Shown in pieces: positions 44,965 to 54,945 of a stretch of 61,045 nucleotides of DNA; the stretch's first letter is position 1, and every line of letters starts with the position of its first letter. The stretch covers positions 1 through 61,045 of the forward strand of contig JBBRLJ010000032.1 of NCBI GenBank assembly GCA_038231435.1, given 5' to 3'. The translations under genes and the position numbers were made by a program. The DNA comes from Planctomycetota bacterium (GTDB lineage Bacteria; Planctomycetota; UBA11346). Below the pieces are notes generated by a model that was not told the origin of the DNA, searched no databases, and saw only the letters and a list, made by a program, of their open reading frames with translations.

Positions 44965-46416
44965 ATGCGCACCGTTTCGATCCTGGCGTTCATGGCCACG
45001 CTCATCCTGTTCGCTGGATGTGGCCCCGATGGCAAGGCTCTCGTCGCCAGCGCCCAGGCTTCGATCTCCGCCAGCAAGACGGCGGTGGCGGCCGGAGACC
45101 TCGCCACGGCGCGCGCGCGCTGGGCGGACGGTGACGCCGTGTTCGCGGCCAACACCGCGGTGATGCTCGATGGGCAGTCACTCGGCGCGCACCGTGCCGC
45201 GGCGCGCGCCGACATGGTGGGCTTTCTCGATGGCCAGCTGCCCCATCTGCGCGAGGTCGCGGTCACCAGCCGCTCGATGCTGCTCGACTGCCAGCTGCTG
45301 CTCGAGACCTGCGGCAGCGATGCCCAGGCGGCCGCCTGGCGCGACACCGACAAGCCGACGTTGACCAAGCGCATCGACGATCAGGAAGCGGAGGATAAGG
45401 CCGTGGCGATCGCGGCAGCCGCCAAGGCCGAGCACGAGCGCGAGATCCGACTGTCGACGTCCTACCTGTTGTGGGTCGAGCCGGCGATCCGCGCCGGCGA
45501 TCGCGACGAGATCCAGTTCCGCAAGCAGCTGGTCGAGGCGTTCTCCGCCGCGCTGGCGCCACTGCCGGTCGAGGTCGTCGACGCGCGGCCGAAGCGCGCG
45601 GTTGGCGCCGGCACCATCCGCGTACGGCTGCTCTGGGAGGCGACGAGTTACGGCTCGGGATCGATGGCCTCGATGGGCATCGGAGACGCAGGCTCCATCC
45701 CCACTCGCCTTGACGCCACCGCCACCGTGGTATCGCGGCATCGCCCGACCAATCTCGACGGCGCGCACGCGTGGACTGCCGCGCATGAAGCCCCTACCAA
45801 GGTGAACCAGTTCGAAATCAGCACCCAGGCCGAGGGCAATCGCAGATTGTTGCGCAAGGCGATCGTGGCCCAGGCGACGGCGCTGGACAAGCTCGCCGAT
45901 GCGGACGCGGTGGCGCAGGCCATCGCAACAGCGAACGCTGTCGCCGCGGCGGCGAGCGGCGCGGTGTGGACCTACGCCTTCTCATCCACCACCGACGGCG
46001 ACAAGGACCAGGGCTCGTGGAACAGCTACGCCTACTGCGGCCCGGATATCATCGACGCCATCGGCCAGCGCCTGAGCGGCGCGTCGCTGGTGGACGCCGC
46101 CGAGAAACCGCCCAGCCCGGTCGGCCACATCGAGCTGCGCCTGCGCGTGAGCGAAGCCTCGTTCGGCACGTCGACGCGCACCATGAAGACGCTCAACGGC
46201 ACGCTCCCCGAGGCGATGACCCTGACCGTAGCGGTGAAACCGGCGGCTGGCGCCACCACCTGGCCCGCCATCAAGATATTCTCCGCTGAACTCGCCGCCC
46301 CGGCCGAGGTATCGAAGAACGCGATGATGGCGGCGATCCGCCGCCAAGCCGACGCGATGATCGAGCAGCTGGTGGAGAAGATCGCAGCGGAACCCGGGAT
46401 CACCTCGACGCCGTGA
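44965..46416 (+). CDS. Hypothetical lipoprotein with internally duplicated domain
   Basis: AAGGA RBS; lipobox LFAGC; two similar segments of roughly 130 aa. Confidence 0.78.
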   Translation: MRTVSILAFMATLILFAGCGPDGKALVASAQASISASKTAVAAGDLATARARWADGDAVFAANTAVMLDGQSLGAHRAAARADMVGFLDGQLPHLREVAVTSRSMLLDCQLLLETCGSDAQAAAWRDTDKPTLTKRIDDQEAEDKAVAIAAAAKAEHEREIRLSTSYLLWVEPAIRAGDRDEIQFRKQLVEAFSAALAPLPVEVVDARPKRAVGAGTIRVRLLWEATSYGSGSMASMGIGDAGSIPTRLDATATVVSRHRPTNLDGAHAWTAAHEAPTKVNQFEISTQAEGNRRLLRKAIVAQATALDKLADADAVAQAIATANAVAAAASGAVWTYAFSSTTDGDKDQGSWNSYAYCGPDIIDAIGQRLSGASLVDAAEKPPSPVGHIELRLRVSEASFGTSTRTMKTLNGTLPEAMTLTVAVKPAAGATTWPAIKIFSAELAAPAEVSKNAMMAAIRRQADAMIEQLVEKIAAEPGITSTP

Positions 46417-46524
46417 AGCGGAGCTCGATGGATCTGTCGTTGCCCTGGTTTTCCCGACTTCTCTCGGCCCCATTCCTCCTTCGCGCTTTCCTAGGCCGCG
46501 CCTGCCATCTAGGCTATATCCGCC

Positions 46525-47916
46525 ATGCCAACCCTCCTGCCCGCGCTGCTGTGCTTCGATGTCGAGGACCTCATCTCTCCCGAGTCGGACGACGCGGTGC
46601 TGTGGATGGCGAGGATGCTGACCGAACACGGCCTGACCGGATCGTTCATGGTGGTCGGAGAGAAGGCGCGCCTGTGGCAGCGGCGCGGTCGCACTGATGT
46701 GATCGAGGCGCTCAAGCGCCACCACCTCGGCTACCATTCGACGTGGCACTCGGTCCACCCGACCACGGCCGAGCATTGCGTCGCCAGCGATTTCGCCCAG
46801 GGCGCCGATGCGATCTGGGCATGGGACCGCGAGGGCTGGGAGGATACCGAGCGCATCCTGGGCCGGGCGCTGCTGGGCTGGGCGTGCACCGGCAGGAGCT
46901 GGGCGCCGTCGATCCAGGGCTTGATGGGCCGCCTCGGCCGCGCGTACATCTACAGCCCCGTGCGCCTGCCCGGGACCAACGTGTGCTGGTACGGCGGCTG
47001 CCTCGGCTTCCATGATGACGGCGTAGGGCCGTTCGACGACAGCTTCGTCGACGACGCGCTCTTCGCGCAGCGGCTCTCCGCTGCCGAACGCGGAATCGAC
47101 GAACGCACTCGCTGGCCTCGACGCGGCGCCCATTGGACCGACGTGTTCATGTGCCATCCCACGCGCGCGATCCATACCGGTTTCTGGGACGGCATGAACT
47201 TCGTCGACGGCGCCAATCCTCCGCGCAGCCAGTGGAAGCCCGCGCCGCTGCAGCCGGCGGCGAAGATGCCCACCATCCAAGCCAACTTCCGCCGGTTGTG
47301 CGTGTGGCTGCGCGACCAGCGCCAGCTGGAGATCGTCGGCTGGGGCGACCTCATCCGCCGCTATGATGGCCAGCGGCCCGATGCCACCCACGCCGAGCTG
47401 CTGGCCGCCGCGCGCCGTATCGCCGACGAGGAGCGCGTGCTGTTCACCGACCATTTCACCGCTGCCGAACTGCTGCTGATGCTGTGCCGTGGCGTGTGCG
47501 CGCCGAGCGAACGTTATTCCAGGCCCAGCGTGCTCGGTCCGCTCGCGATGCCTCCGCGCTCATCCCAGCGGTCCTGGTCCGCGGCCGCACTGCGCGCCGC
47601 GGCGCAGCGCATCACCGACGATGCGCTGCGCGAGGGGCATCTGCCCGCGGCGGTCGCGATCTCGGGCGATGAGGTGGGTATCGGCACGGCGATGGTCGCT
47701 CTCGCGCGGATCCTGCTCGGCGAGGCCAGCGCCGGCGGCCCCGCCGACGCGCCCTATCCGCGCGAAGCCGAGGTGATCGCGAAGGAGGTCGCTGAGCAAC
47801 TCCCGAAATGGGTGATCCATCCGCGCGCGATGGACCTGTCGAGGATCCTGGAGCAGACGCGTCTGCAATGCTGGACGCTGAAGCCGGCGTGGCCGCGCGC
47901 CGATCTCGGGCTCTAG
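46525..47916 (+). CDS. Polysaccharide deacetylase-like (CE4/NodB-type barrel) protein
   Basis: CFDVED, GSFMVVGEKA, LGYHSTWHSVHP metal-site pattern. Confidence 0.7.
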   Translation: MPTLLPALLCFDVEDLISPESDDAVLWMARMLTEHGLTGSFMVVGEKARLWQRRGRTDVIEALKRHHLGYHSTWHSVHPTTAEHCVASDFAQGADAIWAWDREGWEDTERILGRALLGWACTGRSWAPSIQGLMGRLGRAYIYSPVRLPGTNVCWYGGCLGFHDDGVGPFDDSFVDDALFAQRLSAAERGIDERTRWPRRGAHWTDVFMCHPTRAIHTGFWDGMNFVDGANPPRSQWKPAPLQPAAKMPTIQANFRRLCVWLRDQRQLEIVGWGDLIRRYDGQRPDATHAELLAAARRIADEERVLFTDHFTAAELLLMLCRGVCAPSERYSRPSVLGPLAMPPRSSQRSWSAAALRAAAQRITDDALREGHLPAAVAISGDEVGIGTAMVALARILLGEASAGGPADAPYPREAEVIAKEVAEQLPKWVIHPRAMDLSRILEQTRLQCWTLKPAWPRADLGL

Positions 47917-47941
47917 CCGGCTGCTGAAAACAGCAGCCGGC
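47916..47941. terminator. Hairpin between convergent genes
   Basis: gccggctgctg-aaaa-cagcagccggc, 11-bp stem. Confidence 0.6.
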
Positions 47942-48033
47942 CAGCATTCCTGCTCCAGGAGTTCACATGAAAAACGGGCCGAGCACGTGGATCGTGCTCG
48001 GCCCGTGACTCGCGGTCGCTGGCTAGGCCGGCG

Positions 48034-48474
48034 TTACTTGTCGCGCGGCTCAGAGTGCTCGTGCTTCTCCTTGTCCTTGGCGTTGTCCTTGAGTCCACCT
48101 TGGCCGGCCTTCTCGACCACAGTGATGGCGAGGATGCGGCGGTGCTCCTCGAAGGACCACTCGATCTTGACCTTGTCGCCGACGTTCACCTTCTCGAGCT
48201 TGCCGGCCATCTCCTTGTCCGGGCCGCCGCCGTCCTTCGGGGCGCCACCGATCCATTTCGGAACGTAGGTCTCGGTCTTGCCGTCGGCGTCCTTGACCTG
48301 GAGCTTGTTGTGCTCGTTGGAGATGACGATGCCGGTGATGGTGCCGTGCTCGGCGGCCTTGGGCGCGTCGGCGTGCTTCTCGGGCTCCTTGGACTCGGCG
48401 CGCGCCGTGGCCATGGGAGCGAGCAGCGAGGCCGCGACGGTGAGCGATGCGGCGATGATGGCGAACTTGGTCAT
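48034..48474 (-). CDS. Small secreted protein (possible OB-fold)
   Basis: AAGGA RBS; signal peptide; GTITGIV...LEKVNVGDKVKIEW pattern. Confidence 0.8.
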   Translation of the reverse strand: MTKFAIIAASLTVAASLLAPMATARAESKEPEKHADAPKAAEHGTITGIVISNEHNKLQVKDADGKTETYVPKWIGGAPKDGGGPDKEMAGKLEKVNVGDKVKIEWSFEEHRRILAITVVEKAGQGGLKDNAKDKEKHEHSEPRDK

Positions 48475-48746
48475 GAGCGTGAATCCTTCGGTGAATGTTG
48501 TTGCTGAGACGGCGCTGATGGCATGAACGAGGGCGAGTCCGAGAGCGTTCGCATCTGCCTGGTGACGTACGCGACGGCTTCGGCGGCGGCAGGGTCGCTC
48601 CTCAGGTCGAGCGGATGCGCGGCCAGGGCCCGATCCACGGATGTCCGCTCCACGCCGTAGTCCAGCGGCGGCGCGGCCGGAGCCGAGGTAGGCTCATCGC
48701 CAGCGATGCAGGGCATCATGGTGGCGGACAGCAGCAGGCTGCGCAT
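48471..48746 (-). CDS. Small hypothetical protein
   Basis: GGAG RBS; its stop overlaps the next start (ATGA); no recognisable motif. Confidence 0.4.
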   Translation of the reverse strand: MRSLLLSATMMPCIAGDEPTSAPAAPPLDYGVERTSVDRALAAHPLDLRSDPAAAEAVAYVTRQMRTLSDSPSFMPSAPSQQQHSPKDSRS

Positions 48747-48803
48747 CTGGGGTCTCCGCCCACGAGTGTGGCTGGTGCGGGAGCGGGACAAGCCGCACGT
48801 GGT

Positions 48804-49712
48804 TCACCCAGGCGGCTTGAGGATGCGATCGAGGAACAGGATCGTGGGGCCGATCGGATCCGCGCCCAGATCGTGATCCTTGCCTGGCCAAATGGTCAGT
48901 TCGCAGGAAATCCCGGCGGAGAGCAGGGCGCGCGCGAGCGCCTGGCTCTGGGCGACGGGCACCAGAGAGTCGGCATCGCCGTGCATGATCTGGAACGGAG
49001 GAGCCGCGCGCGTCCCCACCCAGGTGATCGGGCTGGCCATGGCGGAGAGTTCCGGTCGATCTGGAGGCGCCGCGCCGCCGACGAGCGCGCGCATCATCGG
49101 CCCCAGCAACGGATCTCCGCCCTTCGCGGCCCACAGGGCGATCAGGTCGGCGGGGCCGGAATAGTCGACGACCGCCTGCACGGCGGAGGAGGCGCCGGGA
49201 TTCCCCGTCCCGGCGATGATGGCGTCGTGCGAGGCCAGGCCGATCAGCGCCGCCAGCTGCGCCCCGGCGGAACCGCCCCACGCGCCCACGCGCGCGGGAT
49301 CGATGGAGTAGGTGGCCGCGTGCAGCCGCAGCCAGCGGATCGCGGAGCAGCAATCCTGGATCTGCGCCGGGAACGGCGCGACATCCGTGAGGCGGTAGTC
49401 GATGCTGGCGGCGACGTAACCGAGGCTGGATAGCCCGGCGAGATCAGCGTCGGTACGCGAGCCGCTGCTCCATCCGCCGCCGTGGATGAACACCACCACG
49501 GGGAACGGACCACGTCCGGCGGGCACCCACAGGTCGAGCAGCTGCTCATGGCCGTCCGGACGATCGTACGCGAGCGCGCGGTACGTGCCCGGAGCCACCG
49601 GTGTCTGATCATCGACGGGAGTGGTGGTGGCGGGAGATCCACCGACTCCGCAACCAGCCAGCGCGATGACGGATGCGATCAGGACGATCTGGGTGTACCA
49701 CGGCAGGCGCAT
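48804..49712 (-). CDS. Alpha/beta hydrolase lipoprotein (HSL/BD-FAE-like esterase)
   Basis: GGAGG RBS; lipobox LAGC; HGGGW, GGSAG, HGDAD, terminal His. Confidence 0.92.
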   Translation of the reverse strand: MRLPWYTQIVLIASVIALAGCGVGGSPATTTPVDDQTPVAPGTYRALAYDRPDGHEQLLDLWVPAGRGPFPVVVFIHGGGWSSGSRTDADLAGLSSLGYVAASIDYRLTDVAPFPAQIQDCCSAIRWLRLHAATYSIDPARVGAWGGSAGAQLAALIGLASHDAIIAGTGNPGASSAVQAVVDYSGPADLIALWAAKGGDPLLGPMMRALVGGAAPPDRPELSAMASPITWVGTRAAPPFQIMHGDADSLVPVAQSQALARALLSAGISCELTIWPGKDHDLGADPIGPTILFLDRILKPPG

Positions 49713-49899
49713 GCGACCTCCACGACGGCGATGACGGATGGAGGAGGGATCGTGTCCGTCGGCCCGCGCAGGCGGTGTGGAATTTCCAGACGCGCCCCAC
49801 GTGGGCGCGGTGCGTGGATCGGCTCGATGTCCGTCAGCGCCGATCGCCAAGGAAGCGCAGCACCTCGCCTGTGAGGACGGTAGCGCCGAGCGCCGAGGG

Positions 49900-49998
49900 G
49901 TGGGCGGATACAATCGGCGTAGCCCATCCGCCCACGATTTCGTAGGCGCAGCCGGAGAACAATCGAGCCGCGACAAAGCCCGTGGGTTGGACCCAACG
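49900..49998. repeat. REP-like intergenic hairpins
   Basis: gtgggcggat-N16-atccgcccac (49900-49935), followed by cgtagg... and cgtgggttggacccaacg. Confidence 0.5.
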
Positions 49999-50027
49999 AG
50001 CCTTGGCGGAGCCCTGAAGTAAAAAGC

Positions 50028-50795
50028 TCAGTGCTTGGCGGTGGCCGAGCGCGCCGGCACCTTCTTGAGCGCGGCGATGTCCTTGGCCAAGCCGTCCATC
50101 GCGTCGTCGTTCTCGTATTCGTAGACCGCGTAGCCATCGAAACCGACATCCTCGAGCGCATGCACGAACTCGGTCAGCTTGAGGTTGCCCTCGCCGATCA
50201 CGGTCTCCTGCCACGCACCGGCGCGGTCGAAGACGAAGTCCTTGTAGTGCACGCCGAAGACCTTGTTGCCCCACTTCCTCACCCACTGGACGGGATCGGC
50301 GTGGCCACTCTGCATGCACCAGGCGGTGTCGAGGCAGACGCCGATATGCGGGCCGCCAATCTTCATCAGGTGGTCGATGACGTCGAACGAGCCGCCGAAC
50401 ATGTAGCCGCCGTGGCAGTGGATCGCCACGCGGATGCCGGTCGATTCGCTGAGACCTTGGCAGACCTTGACCGCGTCGCGGAAGCTATCGACCTGGAAGT
50501 GCGCGCGGATGAAGCGCGCGCCGGCGGCCTTGGCGAAGTCGAACCAGCGCTTCTCCTTGGCCACGTCGCCGGTGAAGGTCTGAACGCCGATCGAGTCGAT
50601 GCGCAGGCCGGCGTCGCGGTACTGCTTGATCACCGGCGCGTGGTCGGCCGGATCGTCGAAGCGGCAGTGCGCGCCGCAGAGCTCGAGCGAGGTCGCGCCG
50701 AGGGTCTTGAGCTGGGCGATGACGCCGGCGTTGTCCTTCCACTGACGCAGGGACCAGCTCTGGACTCCGGCGGCGCGGGCGGGGGAGGTGGGCAT
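50028..50795 (-). CDS. Sugar phosphate isomerase/epimerase (IolE/AP2-like TIM barrel)
   Basis: GVQSWSLR, AIHCH, CLDTAW, VHYKD, IGEG, YEYE. Confidence 0.9.
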   Translation of the reverse strand: MPTSPARAAGVQSWSLRQWKDNAGVIAQLKTLGATSLELCGAHCRFDDPADHAPVIKQYRDAGLRIDSIGVQTFTGDVAKEKRWFDFAKAAGARFIRAHFQVDSFRDAVKVCQGLSESTGIRVAIHCHGGYMFGGSFDVIDHLMKIGGPHIGVCLDTAWCMQSGHADPVQWVRKWGNKVFGVHYKDFVFDRAGAWQETVIGEGNLKLTEFVHALEDVGFDGYAVYEYENDDAMDGLAKDIAALKKVPARSATAKH

Positions 50796-50955
50796 GGGCA
50801 GATCCTTCTCGTTGGTCGTTTGGAGCGGGGTGGGATGAGCGACGGGAGGCCTAGAGTAGGCGAAACGTCGGAAATCGATGCGGTAGGACGATGGTATGAT
50901 CGATTCTCATCACATTCGCAATTGGCAAAAACTCGGTAATGTTGTTGAATCCTGA

Positions 50956-51735
50956 ATGCTCTCGACCGCCCACGTTCATGAACTGGTCAATGCCAGCCAC
51001 TACCATCAACCCCCGGGTCGCGACCCGATTCCCCGCATCCTCGATGCCGGGCGCGAGAGCATCGAGCTGGTGACCGGCGGCCGTGGCTGGGTCCTGCACG
51101 AGCGCGGTTGGGTTGAGGTCACGCCGGGGACGATGGTGTGGCAGGCACGCGGTGACCAGACCATCGGCCGCAGCGACTGGTCGGACCCGTACCGTTGCCT
51201 CGCGGTCAATGTCGTCGTCGATCCGGACAGCGTGCGGCGCGTACCGCGGCTGACGCGCTGGGCGGATCTCGAGGAGGTGCGCTGGTTCACGCGCGAGGCG
51301 GTGCGCTGGGCGATGGACGACGCCATCGATCGCGGATCAGTGCTGGCGTGGATCTACGGGCGCCTGCTGTTCCAGGCCTCGCTGAGCGTGCGCCAGCAGC
51401 AGGCCAGCGCGCTGCCCACGCCGCTGCGCGACGCGCAGGACACCATCGACACGCGCTATGCCGAACCGCTGCGCCTCGCCGAGCTCGCGCGCCGCGTCGG
51501 CTGGTCTCCGGCGCATCTCCACGCGGTGTTCCGCGCGCAGCTGGGCACCTCGCCGCATCAATACCTCATCCAGCGCCGCCTGCGCGCCGCGCGCGAACTG
51601 CTGGCGACCACGCGCAATCCGGTCGGCGACATCGCCATCGCGTGCGGCTTCGCGGACGCGGCCGCGTTCTGCCGCACCTTCAAGCAGGCGATGCGGGTGA
51701 CGCCGGCGGAGTACCGGCGCAGGCAGGCCGCGTGA
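50956..51735 (+). CDS. AraC family regulator
   Basis: LAELARRVGWSPAHL; IAIACGFADAAAFCRTFK; divergent from the TIM-barrel gene. Confidence 0.92.
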   Translation: MLSTAHVHELVNASHYHQPPGRDPIPRILDAGRESIELVTGGRGWVLHERGWVEVTPGTMVWQARGDQTIGRSDWSDPYRCLAVNVVVDPDSVRRVPRLTRWADLEEVRWFTREAVRWAMDDAIDRGSVLAWIYGRLLFQASLSVRQQQASALPTPLRDAQDTIDTRYAEPLRLAELARRVGWSPAHLHAVFRAQLGTSPHQYLIQRRLRAARELLATTRNPVGDIAIACGFADAAAFCRTFKQAMRVTPAEYRRRQAA

Positions 51736-51856
51736 AGGGGAAACGGGTCGCGCGCGCGACAGCCGCGACCACTGTCAGCTACCGTTTTTCCCGCAATCGC
51801 TACCCTCGCGGCGGAGGGCCGGTCGTGGAGTCGATCATGAACCGCGCGGCTGAGCA

Positions 51857-52957
51857 ATGATGCGCGCCGACGCCGATTTCCCGGGCGGCAACGCCATCGT
51901 CGAATCCTGCGCTGACGGCGAGCTCGCGCTGCGGCCCGATCTGCGCGATACCGGCGGCGACTGGTTCTACTGGTGCGTGCGCGTCCGCGGCGCCGCGGGA
52001 TCGCGGCTGCGGGTGCGCCTAACGCGGCCCGGGTCGTTCGCCGCGCGCGGCCCCGGGCTCAGCAGCGATGGCGGCGACACGTGGAGGTGGCTGGGCGCGG
52101 TGGTCGGAGACGCGTTCACCGTCGAGGTACCGGAGGATTGCGACGACCTGCGCCTGAGCATGGGCATGCCGTACGTCCCCGAACGTCTCGACCGCTTCCT
52201 CGCGCCGTTCGGACCTCGGATCCGGCGCTCGGTCCTGTGCCGTTCGCGCAAGGGGCGGGACGTGCCGTTGCTGGGGATGGGCCACGTCGGCGCTCCGCGG
52301 CGCGTGCTGGTTACCGCGCGGCATCACGCCTGCGAGATGATGGCGAGTTACGCCGTGGAGGGGATGATCGCAGCCGCGCTCGCGGGTGACGACGTGGGCC
52401 GCTGGTTCGGCGAACGCGTCGAGCTGGTGGTCGCGCCGTTCGTCGACCGCGATGGCGTCGAGGATGGCGACCAGGGCAAGAACCGCTCGCCGCGCGACCA
52501 CAACCGCGATTACTCGGGCGAGTCCCTCTACCCCGAGACCGCCGCGTTGCGCGCGCGCATCCCGGCGTGGGGCGCCGCCGGCATCGATGCCGTCCTCGAC
52601 CTGCACTGCCCATGGATCGTCGGCGGGCGCAACGAGTCCGCGTTCCAGGTGGGGGCGAAGAGCGAGGCGGCGTGGCGCGAGCAGCGCGCCTTCGCGTCCG
52701 CGCTCGCGGCGCTCGGTGGAGCGGCATTGCCGTACGACCCGGGCGACGACCTGCCGTTCGGGCAGGAATGGAACGTGGACCACGCGTACGACGCCGGAGA
52801 GCATTCGAGCGCGTGGTTCGGATCCCTGCCGGGGGTGCGGCTGTCCACGACCATCGAGCTGCCCTACGCGCTCGCGCGCGGCGCGGTGGTCGATCAGCGG
52901 TCGGCGCGGGGCTTCGGCGATGACCTTGCGCGGGCGCTGCGGGCGTACCTCGGGTGA
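51857..52957 (+). CDS. M14 family zinc carboxypeptidase-like protein
   Basis: ADFPGGN, WFYW N-domain; ARHHACE (HxxE), DHNR, LDLH, TIELP. Confidence 0.85.
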   Translation: MMRADADFPGGNAIVESCADGELALRPDLRDTGGDWFYWCVRVRGAAGSRLRVRLTRPGSFAARGPGLSSDGGDTWRWLGAVVGDAFTVEVPEDCDDLRLSMGMPYVPERLDRFLAPFGPRIRRSVLCRSRKGRDVPLLGMGHVGAPRRVLVTARHHACEMMASYAVEGMIAAALAGDDVGRWFGERVELVVAPFVDRDGVEDGDQGKNRSPRDHNRDYSGESLYPETAALRARIPAWGAAGIDAVLDLHCPWIVGGRNESAFQVGAKSEAAWREQRAFASALAALGGAALPYDPGDDLPFGQEWNVDHAYDAGEHSSAWFGSLPGVRLSTTIELPYALARGAVVDQRSARGFGDDLARALRAYLG

Positions 52958-53059
52958 CCGGCGGTTCCCGCCCGAGGGCGAGTGCGCATGTCGCAGGGCC
53001 CACGGACGGGAGCAGCCTGCCCGGTGGTCACATCGGCCCCGGTCGCGACAAGGAAGCCC

Positions 53060-53602
53060 ATGACGGCCCCCGCCATGCCCTCCGCCCCGGACGGACCGAC
53101 ATTCGAGCGCTTCTCGCGGCACTGGACGGCCGCGATGCCGCCGCTGGCGGCCTACGTGCACAGCCTGATCCGCGACCGCCAACTCGCCGATGACGTGCTC
53201 CAGGACGTGGCGGTGGTGGCATTGCGTCGATTCTCCGATTTCGACCCGCAGCGAATCTTCCAGGCGTGGGTCTTCGGCATCGCGCGGAACTTGGTCCATG
53301 AGGCGTTCCGGCGCTCGAAGGCCCGGTCGCACCTGCCGCATGAACTGATCCACCTGCTCGCCGAGGATGCCGAACGCGGCGTCGACCACCTGGCCGACGT
53401 GCGCGAGGCCCTGCGCGAGTGCTTGCGCCAGATCCAAGGCCGCGCGCGGGACGCCTTGCGCCTGCGCTATACCGAGGGCGGCGATTACGACACCATCGCC
53501 GCCAGCCTGCGCACCAGCACGGTGGCGGCGCGCAAGCTGGTGTCGCGCCTGCATGCGCGTCTGCGCGCGTGCATCCTCGAGCGGATGGGATCGACGTCGT
53601 GA
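53060..53602 (+). CDS. ECF sigma-70 factor
   Basis: ADDVLQDV, FQAWVFGIARN, region 4 LRLRY...IAASL; AAGGA RBS. Confidence 0.93.
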   Translation: MTAPAMPSAPDGPTFERFSRHWTAAMPPLAAYVHSLIRDRQLADDVLQDVAVVALRRFSDFDPQRIFQAWVFGIARNLVHEAFRRSKARSHLPHELIHLLAEDAERGVDHLADVREALRECLRQIQGRARDALRLRYTEGGDYDTIAASLRTSTVAARKLVSRLHARLRACILERMGSTS

Positions 53603-54802
53603 GCGCGTCCGATCACCCCGTCGAGACACCGAGCGATGACGGCGTCGACGATCTCCTCGATGGCTACTTCGCGGGCGATCTCGATGAAGCGGGAACCGCC
53701 CGCCTCGGGGCATGGCTGCTCGAGCGTCCGGCGCATCGGCAGCGTCTGCTGGTCGAATCGGCGTGGCGCGCGGAACTGCGCGCCACCCTCGCCTGCGATG
53801 TCGTGCCGAGGGCCTCGGGCAGGCCGATCCGGGCAGCGCGATGGCGCTGGTTCCGGCCGGCGGTCGCGGCCGCTGCGTTGATGGCGGTGGGCATGATCCT
53901 GGCCGCGCTTCGCGCCCCCGTGGTCTCGCAGGGCTCCGTAGCGACCGCCCGCATCGCGTCGGTGAGCGCGCCGGCGTGGCTCGTCCACGGGTCTGATCGA
54001 CGTGACGCTGTCGTCGGCGATCGACTCATGTCCGGATCGCGGCTGGTGACGGGCGAGGGGGGGGGGCGCGACGGCATCAGCCGACGACGGCACGGTCCTG
54101 GAGATGGGCGGGAACGCCGACCTGTCCTGGCTCGGTGCCCACGAGGGTCAGCGCTGGCGGCTCGATGCCGGCACGATCGATGCGCGCTTTTCGATCCAAC
54201 CCACCGGCAAGCCGGCGAAGATCGCCACCGCGCACGCGATCGTCGAGGTGGTGGGCACGATGTTCACTCTCGCGACCGACCGCACGTCCACGCGCCTGGC
54301 GATGCGCGAAGGGCGGGTGGAGATCGTGGCGGCCGATCACGCAGCGCGACTGTCCTGCAAGGCCGGGGAGAGCGCGATCGCGGACGCCACGGGCGCTCGA
54401 CTCGACGTGCTGGCGACGAGTCCATTCAGTGGATTCAGCCTGGTGGACGCCGATGCCGATCGGGCCCTCGCCGGGTACGACCCGATGCCCGACGGCACCA
54501 TCGTGAAGCTGTCCGCCTTGCCCACGCGGTCGATCACCATCATGGTGCGTTTGGCCGAGGGAGCCGCGGCGCCCGCCAGCGCCCGGTTGCTGCTCGATGG
54601 CCATCTCCACCGCATCGAGCGCCCACCCTACTCGATGATGGGCAACCGCTTCCTCGATGCCGCTCGGTCGGTGCCGGATTTCCGATCCTGGAAACCGCCG
54701 CTGGGGAGGCCGGTACGCATCGAGGCGGTCCCGTGCTCGGATCCCGTGGGCGCCAAGCCGTCGGGGCCGCCCGTCGCGGCGACCTTCCGCTTCGAGCCGT
54801 GA
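53599..54802 (+). pseudogene. FecR-like anti-sigma factor frameshifted at a G10 tract (54057-54066)
   Basis: GTGA overlap with sigma; N-half (DLLDGYFAG, TM, GDRL) is in one frame and FecR core (DGTVLEM, TAHAIVEVVGTMF, EGRV) in the +1 frame; deleting one G joins them. Confidence 0.85.
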
Positions 54803-54945
54803 GTCACGCGGTCCGGGCGGTCGACCGGGCAGCCGCGTCACGTCGTCCGATCGCCCGCAAGTACCTGTGATTCCATCACCGCCGTCCGGCGCCTGGCGAC
54901 CGGGCTCCATCGGGGATCCACGGGGATCCACTGGGAGAGGTACTC

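Noticed and set aside
47913..47941. IS/MITE terminal repeat (GGCTGCTGAAAA-like)
   Set aside because: No distant partner end or transposase; adequately explained as a hairpin between convergent genes.
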